Positions 1 to 7,703 of a stretch of 64,000 nt of DNA are shown here, piece after piece (the stretch's first letter is position 1; the number at the start of each line of letters is the position of its first letter). Source of the stretch: an uncultured Ruminococcus sp. (lineage in GTDB: Bacteria; Bacillota; Clostridia; Oscillospirales; CAG-272); the NCBI GenBank assembly GCA_964630695.1, contig CAZVYZ010000001.1:8816-72815 (forward strand), written 5' to 3'. The translations under genes and the position numbers were made by a program. A model generated the notes under the pieces. That model was not told where the DNA came from, did not search any database, and saw only the letters and a program-made list of their open reading frames with translations.

Positions 1-189
1 GAGTGTTACGAAAAAGAAAGCATTTCCTCGGGGCTTCTGGAGTACCCGCAGTATACCCGTCCGTATGAATTTCACGGAGTCAAGGTTCCCGACGTGCTGA
101 TTTCGGGACACCACGGAAATATTGAACGCTGGCGGCGCGAGCAGGCGGAAAAACGCACGCAGGAACGCCGACCGGATTTGCTGAAATAG
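1..189 (+). CDS. trmD: tRNA (guanine37-N1)-methyltransferase TrmD, C-terminal fragment cut by window edge
   Basis: Frame 1 reads ...[52 protein letters not shown], the conserved TrmD C-terminus; stop TAG at 187-189. Confidence 0.85.
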   Translation, partial: ECYEKESISSGLLEYPQYTRPYEFHGVKVPDVLISGHHGNIERWRREQAEKRTQERRPDLLK

Positions 190-302
190 CCGCAAATTAG
201 CTTGCCGAATGGGAGTTTTTCACTGACCGACCGCCATCATCTGTCGCCGCAGGTGACGGATGATGGCGTTGCCCAAGCAGATGTTGCGGTAATGGTTTGG
301 TA

Positions 303-537
303 AAATTTATCCCCCCTCATCAGTCGCTGACGCGACAGCTTCCCCCCGAGGGGAAGCCTGTTTTACGCGGTGCATAAACGCAAAAACGGAAATTGAATGC
401 TCATGTGAACATTTGTGTTAGGCGCGGTAGCCCTTTCTTCTTTTTGTAATTTTATGAACCACAAAAGGGGTCTTGCAAAAAGGCTTCCCCTCGGGGGGAA
501 GCTGTCGCGTCAGCGACTGATGAGGGGGGATAAATTT
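303..537. repeat. Inverted-repeat element E1: perfect 53-bp IRs (306-358 and 482-534) around a 123-bp AT-rich core
   Basis: Reverse complement of 482-534 is identical to 306-358 (TTTATCCCCCCTCATCAGTCGCTGACGCGACAGCTTCCCCCCGAGGGGAAGCC). The same IR recurs at 9875/10116 and 58496/58713. Confidence 0.9.
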
Positions 538-669
538 CCACCACCACATAGTCAGTGTCTCATTGTCACAACAATACAAATACAAAAGGCTCCCGCAAAA
601 GCCTCCATCTTCAAGTAGATAGGTGTTGCGGCAGGTGACAGATGCGGGGAGATTTTCATCCTTTATGCC

Positions 670-714
670 CGCCCTTTTACATCTCCTCCGAGGAGGTGTA
701 AAAGGGCGTTTTTT
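670..714 (+). terminator. Strong intrinsic-terminator-like hairpin plus T-run, about 20 nt before the next start codon
   Basis: 18-bp stem CGCCCTTTTACATCTCCT / AGGAGGTGTAAAAGGGCG with one G-U pair, 3-nt loop, then TTTTTT. Confidence 0.6.
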
Positions 715-734
715 CTTTACGGGGAGGTGGCGGC

Positions 735-2459
735 ATGATAACCGAGCGATTGGAACGCGGTGCGGAACGGGTACGCCGCGCGGCGGGGGATAGCGTCCTC
801 CTGAACACGTTCTTTTGCGGCGAACGGACAGAGCGGAAAAACAGGCGCGGAACCCTGCGCTTCCGCATCATGCGGTGGCAGGAGACTTCGTTTGCACGGC
901 AGGCAATGAATTCTCTTTGGGCGGCGCTCCTGCGGTCTTCGGTCGGGAGCCTTGCGGGGGTCCCGTTCGGTGCGGCAGCGAGCGCGCTGATTCTTTACTT
1001 TCTGCGCGGCGGGACGGATTTCACAACCGTATCCGTCACCGTTCCTGCGGTCGTCCTGTTCTCTGTGCTTCCTGCGGTCGGGGAGGAGCGGTCGCTTTCC
1101 CTCTGCCTGCAACGCGGACGGCTGACCGCGCCGTTTCTGTTCGGTTTCTGCGGACTGTCTCCCGATTGCTTCGGGGCAGGGGAGGCAGTCGGCGTGCGTC
1201 GCCGTGCCACACTTCCCGCCGGGCTTGCAATCGGGGCGCTGACGGCTTTTCTGCCACCGCTTGCATTGCCGCTTTTTGCCGCGGCGGTGTGCGTGTGGTT
1301 CCTTTGCCGTGCGGTCCCAGAGTTGAGTGCCCTGCTCCTTGCGCTGTCGTTTCCGTTCCTGCCGCTTCTGCCGCATACCACAGTCCTGCTCGCGTGCGGC
1401 GTGACGCTGTCGTTGGCGGTGTTCTGCGGGAAATGGCTTGTCGGGCGGCGGGACTTCCGCTTCGGAACGGTCGACCGTCTTGCGGCGGCGTTTGCGGTGG
1501 TCTACCTGCTTGCGGGTGGCGCGGCGGGCACGGTGTCAGCACTGCTTGCGTTTGGCGGTTGGTCGGTCTTTCGGAGCATGAGCGGACCGTGGAAACGGCG
1601 GGCGCTCGGCGGGCTGCTTTTTTCGGCTTCCGTGTGTGCGTGTATCGGTATTTTGGAATATGCAAGCGGACGCGCGGCGCTCCGTTGGGTGGATATGAGC
1701 CGTTTCTCCGACATCGGCGGCAGGGTCTGCGCCACCTTTGACAATCCGAACATTCTGGCTGTCTTTTTGCTCGCGGTTTACCCCGTGGCGCTGTGCGGAA
1801 CCGTGCGGTTCGCAAACCGCATGACGCGGTGTTTCAGCGGGGTTGGCGCCGCGTTGATTGCGGGGTGTATGGTGCTTACGTGGTCGCGCGGCGGCTGGCT
1901 CGGGATGCTCGCGGAAACGATCCTGTTCCTGCTTCTGACCAACGCAAAAAGCCTGACGGTCCTGTTTTGCCTGCCGCTTCCCGCCGCGGCGGCGCTCCCG
2001 TATCTGCCGCATACCGTGACGAACCGTTTTGCAAGCATCGGGGAATTCGCGGAAAGTTCGATCCGGTACCGGTTGGAGGTCTGGCGCGGTATCGCGCGGA
2101 TGGTTGCCGCAAATCCGTTCGGAATCGGGACGCGCGAGGCGGATTTCCGCCGCGTCTGGCAGGGATTTGCCGTTGCGGGAACCGAAACGGTCATGCACGC
2201 GCACGCGCTGTTTCCGCAGGTCGCGCTCGAAACGGGACTTGCGGGCGCGGCGGTTTTGGTGGTGTTTCTGTTTGGTCTGATACGGTCGTTCCGCCCGCGC
2301 GGTTGGGCGGTCGCGGGTTTCTCGGCGCTCGGGGGACTGCTTCTGATGGGACTGTTTGACTGCCTTTGGTATGCGCGGGGGATGCTCTGGTTGCTGTTTG
2401 CGGTCTGGGCGCTGATTCCGACGGAGGAGGATACGGAGGAGGATAGAGAAAAAGCATGA
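735..2459 (+). CDS. O-antigen ligase/polymerase family (Wzy_C-like) polytopic membrane protein
   Basis: 574-aa ORF with many hydrophobic helices; ...NPNILAVFLLAVYPVAL...LTWSRGGWLGMLAE... resembles the Wzy_C core; GGAGGTG RBS 7 nt before the ATG. Confidence 0.65.
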   Translation: MITERLERGAERVRRAAGDSVLLNTFFCGERTERKNRRGTLRFRIMRWQETSFARQAMNSLWAALLRSSVGSLAGVPFGAAASALILYFLRGGTDFTTVSVTVPAVVLFSVLPAVGEERSLSLCLQRGRLTAPFLFGFCGLSPDCFGAGEAVGVRRRATLPAGLAIGALTAFLPPLALPLFAAAVCVWFLCRAVPELSALLLALSFPFLPLLPHTTVLLACGVTLSLAVFCGKWLVGRRDFRFGTVDRLAAAFAVVYLLAGGAAGTVSALLAFGGWSVFRSMSGPWKRRALGGLLFSASVCACIGILEYASGRAALRWVDMSRFSDIGGRVCATFDNPNILAVFLLAVYPVALCGTVRFANRMTRCFSGVGAALIAGCMVLTWSRGGWLGMLAETILFLLLTNAKSLTVLFCLPLPAAAALPYLPHTVTNRFASIGEFAESSIRYRLEVWRGIARMVAANPFGIGTREADFRRVWQGFAVAGTETVMHAHALFPQVALETGLAGAAVLVVFLFGLIRSFRPRGWAVAGFSALGGLLLMGLFDCLWYARGMLWLLFAVWALIPTEEDTEEDREKA

Positions 2460-2923
2460 AAAAGCGGTGGAACGTGTTGGATTGGATCCTGCTTGCGTTG
2501 GCACTTGCCGTTCTGGTCGGCGGCGTGTGGGTTGTGCGCGCAAAACCTTGGAACCGCGTGCGGCGTGAGGTGCTGACCTGCACCGTGCGGACCGCGCCGT
2601 TTGACGGAGCAACGCGGGAGGCAGGCGTGCTTCCCCATGCGGGAGATGCGGTGCTGACTGCGGCGGGCGGCGAGACGGTCGGGCGTGTATTGGCGGTTGC
2701 GGTGGTCCCGCAAACCGTCCTGACGGCGGACGGTGACGCGCTGGCACTGACGCCCGTCCCCGACCGTTACGTCGCGGAGGTCACCGTGCGTTTGACGCTT
2801 GCGGAGCGTACCGTCGGCACCCACCGCATCGCGGCGGGCGGCACGGCGGACCTGATTTTCGGCGGCTATTTTGCCGCAGAATGCGGAATTTTGTCGGTGG
2901 AGGTGACGGAATGTGCGGAATGA
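2456..2923 (+). CDS. Membrane-anchored hypothetical protein (DUF4330-like)
   Basis: 155 aa, N-terminal TM helix WILLALALAVLVGGVWVV, ATGA overlap with the upstream gene; family call from memory only. Confidence 0.45.
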   Translation: MKKRWNVLDWILLALALAVLVGGVWVVRAKPWNRVRREVLTCTVRTAPFDGATREAGVLPHAGDAVLTAAGGETVGRVLAVAVVPQTVLTADGDALALTPVPDRYVAEVTVRLTLAERTVGTHRIAAGGTADLIFGGYFAAECGILSVEVTECAE

Positions 2924-3383
2924 ACACGCAACGCGACGATTGAGCGCAACCGATTTCGTCCTGCTGATTCTGTTGGTCCTTTCGGTGGCGGGAATCGGAT
3001 TGCGCGCTGTCCGAGGACGGATGACCGCCGCAGAGGGGACCCCGACCGAGGTCTATGCGGTGTGGCGGGCAACGGACCGACGGAGTGCCGATTGCCTGAC
3101 GCGCGGAGAAATCCTGCGGACTGCGGCAGGAGCGGAATTCGGGGAGGTTATCGGGATTCGCACAGTGGATGCCGTCCGCGCTCTGCAAACCGATTCCGCC
3201 GCGCTGACGGGGACGGTTCCGAATGACCCATTGTGCGACGTGTATCTGACGGTCCGCATCCGATTGACCGAGACGGACGGCATTGTAAGACGGGAAAACG
3301 GACAGCCGCTCCCCGTGGGGGCTTCCTATGAACTGTTTGGGGAACGTACCCGCCTCGTTTTGTCCGTTTTGCGGCTCGGATAG
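2913..3383 (+). CDS. Membrane-anchored hypothetical protein, paralogue-like of the preceding gene
   Basis: 156 aa, N-terminal TM helix FVLLILLVLSVAGIGL, overlaps the upstream gene end; same architecture. Confidence 0.45.
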   Translation: MRNEHATRRLSATDFVLLILLVLSVAGIGLRAVRGRMTAAEGTPTEVYAVWRATDRRSADCLTRGEILRTAAGAEFGEVIGIRTVDAVRALQTDSAALTGTVPNDPLCDVYLTVRIRLTETDGIVRRENGQPLPVGASYELFGERTRLVLSVLRLG

Positions 3384-3471
3384 CGGACTTATTGGGCAAC
3401 GACTCCTCCGGAACTATCCGAAATGCACGAAAAAAAGAGGTGCAATTTGTGAAATTGCGTCAGAATAACTA

Positions 3472-3500
3472 TTGATTTTGGACGCGCTTTTTGGTATACT
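3472..3500 (+). promoter_or_regulatory. Sigma-A type promoter for HPr gene
   Basis: TTGATT, 17-nt spacer, TATACT with upstream TG. Confidence 0.55.
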
Positions 3501-3576
3501 ATAAATGAGAATTTGTCGTGCCTATTTTTGTGCGGCGTGCATCCATATCTTTAAGAAACAGGGGAGCGAATACAGT

Positions 3577-3843
3577 ATGATTTCACGTGAAGTCGTCATC
3601 AATAATACGAGCGGTCTGCACGCCAGACCCGCGACTTTCTTTATCCAGAAAGCGAATTCTTATCCTTGTTCTGTCTGGATTGAAAAGGATGACCGCCGTG
3701 TCAACGCCAAGAGCCTGCTCGGCGTTCTTTCGCTCGGAATTGCCAAAGGAATGACCGTAACGCTGATGGCGGACGGACAAAGCGAGGAAGCCGCGCTGAA
3801 CGGTCTGTGCGAACTGATAGACAGCGGGTTCGCGGAAATCTGA
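3577..3843 (+). CDS. ptsH: Phosphocarrier protein HPr
   Basis: 88 aa; His15 motif NTSGLHARPA and Ser46 motif NAKSLLGVLSLG. Confidence 0.85.
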   Translation: MISREVVINNTSGLHARPATFFIQKANSYPCSVWIEKDDRRVNAKSLLGVLSLGIAKGMTVTLMADGQSEEAALNGLCELIDSGFAEI

Positions 3844-3861
3844 TACAAGCGGAGTTTTACC

Positions 3862-3896
3862 CACATAGCGGCGTGCCGACAGCACGCCGCTATGTG
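3862..3896 (+). terminator. 15-bp-stem hairpin after HPr (no clear T-run)
   Basis: CACATAGCGGCGTGC cgaca GCACGCCGCTATGTG. Confidence 0.45.
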
Positions 3897-4002
3897 TATC
3901 TGAAAGGATGTTTGCGGTTTGGCAGATCTTTCGTTGCAATGTTGTTTCCTGTTGGCTTATGGCATTCTATTGTAAGTCAGCAAGTATCTTTCACCCGAAG
4001 CG

Positions 4003-4290
4003 GAACGACCCGCGTGTCGTTCCGTCCCATTCAACAACTAACTTGAACCATTTCTATCCGGTAGCGGAGATGAGGCGAGGCAACAAGTTGCCGCCGTCCA
4101 AATCCCGCTGGACGGGATTTGGCTCGGAGCAGCCGGAAATAGTAGCACGGCAAATGGCTACACCCATAATCCGCACAACGTAAAGACAGAATCAAAAATT
4201 CAATTGAGTTAAAGGTCTTGAAGGTCCTTAGGGGACTTCTCCTTAAGAAGTCCCCTAAGCAGGGCTTGGGGCAGAGCCACAAGGTCTTTC
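4003..4290 (+). repeat. Structured ~290-bp intergenic module, copy A, ending at the uvrC RBS
   Basis: Collinear with 6238-6620: GGAACGACC.GCGTGTCGTTCC hairpin, CAACAACTAAC.TGAACCA.TTCTATCCGGTAGCGGAG, CCAA(A)TCCCGCTGGACGGGATT(T)GG hairpin, CGGAGCAGCCGGAA, TTAAAG.TCTTGAA, GGG.TT.GGGC...AGGTCTT. Confidence 0.85.
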
Positions 4291-4306
4291 ACAGGAGGAA
4301 AACGCA

Positions 4307-6172
4307 ATGCCACAAAGCGAAAGCACGCGGGAAAAGTTGTTGGAGCGGGCGAATAGCCTGCCGCTATGCCCGGGCGTGTATATCATGCGTGACGCGAGCG
4401 GTAAGGTGATATACGTCGGGAAGTCGCGGAAACTCCGGAACCGCGTCTCGCAGTATTTCCAGAACAGCGAGAAAAACCGAAAAACGGAACGCATGGTCGC
4501 GGCAGTCCGCTCGTTCGATTACTACCTCTGCGATAACGAGATGGAGGCACTGTCACTGGAGAATACCCTCATCAAACAGTATACCCCCAAGTATAACATC
4601 CGCCTGAAAGACGCAAAATCCTATCCGTATATCAAAATTACGGGCGGCGAGTACCCCCGCCTTGTCTTTACCCGCCACCGCGGAGCCGATAAGGCGCGCT
4701 ATTTCGGTCCCTATTCCGGCTCGGGAACCGCGTATGCCCTTATCGGTCTACTGAATAAGACACTGAAACTGCCAACCTGCTCGCGCGTGTTTCCGAGGGA
4801 CATCGGAAAGGAGCGCCCGTGCGTCTATTACCAAATCGGACGTTGTGCGGGGGTCTGCACCGGACAGGTGACGGGCGAGGAGTACCGCGAAACCATGCGG
4901 TGCGCGGCGGAACTCCTGGAGGGCAAAAACAGCGAAGTCAGGCGGCGGTTGGAGGAACAAATGACTGCCTATGCCGAAGAGGAGCGCTTTGAAGCGGCGG
5001 CAAAATGCCGCGATACCCTGCGGGCGCTCGGCGCAATCCGCGAGAAACAGAAAGTCGTGGCGTCTCCCGATACCGAGCAGGACGTTGTGGCACTGTATTC
5101 CGATGACCTCTGTACCTGCGTGTCGGTCTTTTTCATCCGAGGCGGTGTTCTCCACGATACACAGGAGATGATTTGCGGCGCGGACGGTATTCCGGAACCG
5201 GAGGATATGACCGCTTTTCTTACCGATTTCTACCGCTCCCGCGCCTACATTCCAGCAGAGGTCCTTATCGGCTTTGAAATGGCGGACGAGGACTGCGACC
5301 TGCTTGCAGGCAGTCTTTCCGCATTGGCGGAGCGCAGGATTCACGTCCGTGTGCCGGAGAGAGGGTCCAAACATACACTGTGCGAACTGGTGCGCAAAAA
5401 TGCCGCCGAAAAAGCACGGCAGTATGAAGCCGAAACGGGACAAAAGGAGAGCATCCTTGCGGACTTGGCGCATAAACTCGGTCTTGAGGTCCTGCCCGAA
5501 CGGATTGAAGCCTATGATATTTCCAACCTCGGGACAGAGCATCTGACCGCAGGCATGATTGTGTCGGTAAACGGGGCGTTCCGAAAGTCCGACTATCGCA
5601 GTTTCCGTATCCGTACCGTGGAGGGAACCGATGACTACGCTTCCATGCGTGAGGCACTGTCGCGGCGGCTGGCGCACCTCTCGGATGCCTCGGGGTCTTT
5701 CTCCGAGCGCCCCGACCTCATCCTCTTGGACGGCGGGCGGGGGCACGTCTCGGTGGTGCGGGAACTGCTCGGCGAACTGGGACTCGATATTCCCGTGTTC
5801 GGCATGGTCAAGGACGATTACCATAAAACCCGCGCGCTCTGCACGGATACCGACGAAATCAGCATCGCAAAGGACCGCGGACTCTTTACCATGATTTATA
5901 AGATTCAGGAAGAGGTCCACCGTTATACCGTGCGGTGCATGGAGCAGGCGAAATTGCGTACCCTGACCACCTCGGCACTGACGGCAATCCCGGGAATCGG
6001 CGAAGCGAAAGCGAAAAAACTGCTTCTGGCATTCGACGGTCTCGCCGCACTCAAATCGGCGGACGTGACTGCCCTCAAAGCCGTCGCGGGTATCAGCGAA
6101 CGGGACGCGGAAGCCGTGTACGCATACTACCACTCAAACGAAGAGAAAAGCGAAGATTCCAACCGCGAATAA
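4307..6172 (+). CDS. uvrC: Excinuclease ABC subunit C
   Basis: 621 aa; GIY-YIG N-terminus GVYIMRDASGKVIYVGKSRKLRNRVSQYF, UvrBC-interaction region, C-terminal HhH. Confidence 0.95.
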   Translation: MPQSESTREKLLERANSLPLCPGVYIMRDASGKVIYVGKSRKLRNRVSQYFQNSEKNRKTERMVAAVRSFDYYLCDNEMEALSLENTLIKQYTPKYNIRLKDAKSYPYIKITGGEYPRLVFTRHRGADKARYFGPYSGSGTAYALIGLLNKTLKLPTCSRVFPRDIGKERPCVYYQIGRCAGVCTGQVTGEEYRETMRCAAELLEGKNSEVRRRLEEQMTAYAEEERFEAAAKCRDTLRALGAIREKQKVVASPDTEQDVVALYSDDLCTCVSVFFIRGGVLHDTQEMICGADGIPEPEDMTAFLTDFYRSRAYIPAEVLIGFEMADEDCDLLAGSLSALAERRIHVRVPERGSKHTLCELVRKNAAEKARQYEAETGQKESILADLAHKLGLEVLPERIEAYDISNLGTEHLTAGMIVSVNGAFRKSDYRSFRIRTVEGTDDYASMREALSRRLAHLSDASGSFSERPDLILLDGGRGHVSVVRELLGELGLDIPVFGMVKDDYHKTRALCTDTDEISIAKDRGLFTMIYKIQEEVHRYTVRCMEQAKLRTLTTSALTAIPGIGEAKAKKLLLAFDGLAALKSADVTALKAVAGISERDAEAVYAYYHSNEEKSEDSNRE

Positions 6173-6237
6173 TGTATTTCGGTACCGTCAATAAGTATCA
6201 TCAATGGGTTACGCACTTTGCAGGGTCGTAATCCGTA

Positions 6238-6483
6238 GGGAACGACCTGCGTGTCGTTCCGCTCCGTCAACAACTAACCTGAACCACTTCTATCCGGTAG
6301 CGGAGCGAGCGGCGGTAGCCGCTTTGCCAATCCCGCTGGACGGGATTGGACGCGGAGCAGCCGGAATGCGTAGCACTTAAACGGCTACAGAAGAAACGGT
6401 ACCACAAAAAGAAAGGGGGAAAATCCCCCTTAGTTAAAGTTCTTGAAATTCTTAAAAACCTCTTTCAAGAAGTTTTCAAGTGG
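6238..6483 (+). repeat. Structured intergenic module, copy B, upstream of rsmD
   Basis: Same ordered sub-motifs as 4003-4290. Confidence 0.85.
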
Positions 6484-6620
6484 GGTTCGGGGCGACGCCC
6501 CGAGGTCTTAGGGTTCGGGGCGATGCCCCGAGGTCTTAGGGTTCGGGGCGACGCCCCGAGGTCTTAGGGTTCGGGGCGACGCCCCGAGGTCTTAGGGTTC
6601 GGGCAAAGCCCGAGGTCTTA
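6484..6620 (+). repeat. Tandem array, about 4.9 copies of a 28-bp hairpin unit, abutting the rsmD RBS
   Basis: GGTTCGGGGCGACGCCCCGAGGTCTTAG at 6484, 6512 (one substitution), 6540 and 6568, plus a degenerate copy at 6596; no spacers. Confidence 0.9.
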
Positions 6621-6636
6621 CAAAGGAGGAAGCACT

Positions 6637-7212
6637 ATGATGCGGATTATAACGGGCAAAGCAAGAGGCGTTCGGCTCGATACCCCGGAAGGGGAGAATA
6701 CCCGACCCACCGCCGAACGCGCGAAAGAAGCAATCTTTTCCATGCTGCAGTTTGAAATGGAGGACCGCGCGGTTCTGGACCTGTTCGCAGGCTCGGGTCA
6801 ACTCGGTCTGGAAGCGCTCAGCAGGGGCGCGGCGCACGCAGTGCTGGTCGACCGCGATAAGACTGCCGCCGAAATCATCAAAAAGAATACGATAAAAACC
6901 CGCCTCGCACCGGACTGCGAGGTGTACTGCGCGGATTATACCGAATTTTTGCGCGGATGCCGCGGCAAACGGCGGTTCGACTTGATTTTTCTCGACCCAC
7001 CTTATGCCCCGCGGCTGATTCCGGACGCCCTGCGGCAACTGAAAAAGTATCGCGCGCTTTCTCCGCACGCAACGGTGGTCTGCGAAAGCGGCGCGGAGGA
7101 GGACGTGTTCGGCGGGGACGACGCACTTGCGGCACTGTTTGACGTCCGACGCACCGCAAAATACGGCGCGGCATACGTGACGGTACTGGAGTACCGCGGG
7201 GAGGAAGCATGA
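6637..7212 (+). CDS. rsmD: 16S rRNA (guanine966-N2)-methyltransferase RsmD
   Basis: 191 aa; RIITGKARGVRL..RPT..R.KEAIF..L, DLFAGSGQLGLEALSRGA, FLDPPY. Confidence 0.85.
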   Translation: MMRIITGKARGVRLDTPEGENTRPTAERAKEAIFSMLQFEMEDRAVLDLFAGSGQLGLEALSRGAAHAVLVDRDKTAAEIIKKNTIKTRLAPDCEVYCADYTEFLRGCRGKRRFDLIFLDPPYAPRLIPDALRQLKKYRALSPHATVVCESGAEEDVFGGDDALAALFDVRRTAKYGAAYVTVLEYRGEEA

Positions 7213-7703
7213 AGAATCTCGCAATCCTGCCGGGGAGTTTTGACCCGATGACACTCGGACATCTGGAACTGGTCCGCAGGGCGGCAAAGGACTATGCGCA
7301 CCTTGTGATTGCCGTGATGGTCAACCCCGACAAGGAAACCCGTTTCACGCCCGAGGAACGGGTGGAAATCGCGCGCAGGACCGTTGCGGAATTCCCGCAG
7401 GCGGAGGTGCTGTTTGACGGCGGGCTGCTGATTGATTTGTATGACCGCCTCGGCGCCGATGCAGTGGTCAAGGGCTATCGGGACGGTAACGATTTGGCAT
7501 ATGAGCGGAAAATGGCGGCGTGGAACCGCGCGCATAACCGCAACTTCCGAACCGTCCTGCTCCGCTCGGAGGGACCGTATGCGTCTGTCAGTTCGACCGA
7601 GGTGCGGCGGCGGCTCGATACGGGCGGCGACATCCGCGCGCTGGTTCACCCCGCCGCACTGGAGTTGGTTGAAAAGAAGCGGGGCGGGAGGGAACGCAGA
7701 TGA
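7209..7703 (+). CDS. coaD: Phosphopantetheine adenylyltransferase
   Basis: 164 aa; PGSFDPMTLGHLELV nucleotidyltransferase motif; ATGA overlap with rsmD. Confidence 0.9.
   Translation: MKNLAILPGSFDPMTLGHLELVRRAAKDYAHLVIAVMVNPDKETRFTPEERVEIARRTVAEFPQAEVLFDGGLLIDLYDRLGADAVVKGYRDGNDLAYERKMAAWNRAHNRNFRTVLLRSEGPYASVSSTEVRRRLDTGGDIRALVHPAALELVEKKRGGRERR

Noticed and set aside
482-537. Hammerhead ribozyme suggested by CUGAUGA in the 53-bp repeat arm (GCGACUGAUGAGGGGGG)
   Set aside because: No GAAA follows a closing stem II, no stem III hairpin is present, and the position that would be H17 is a G. The conserved core cannot be assembled in any of the three topologies.
415-618. Short ORFs translating the repeat arms (peptide LPLGGKLSRQRLMRGDKF), also at 9783-9974, 10154-10342, 58682-58936 and in the N-terminal extension of the radA ORF
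   Set aside because: The same peptide arises only because the ORFs cross the 53-bp inverted repeat. There is no RBS, the ORFs run in both orientations, and the flanking sequence is non-coding.
6484-6620. Possible CRISPR array (28-bp direct repeats with an internal palindrome)
   Set aside because: The repeats are head-to-tail with no spacers, no cas genes are nearby, and the same unit occurs singly or inverted elsewhere as an intergenic hairpin module.
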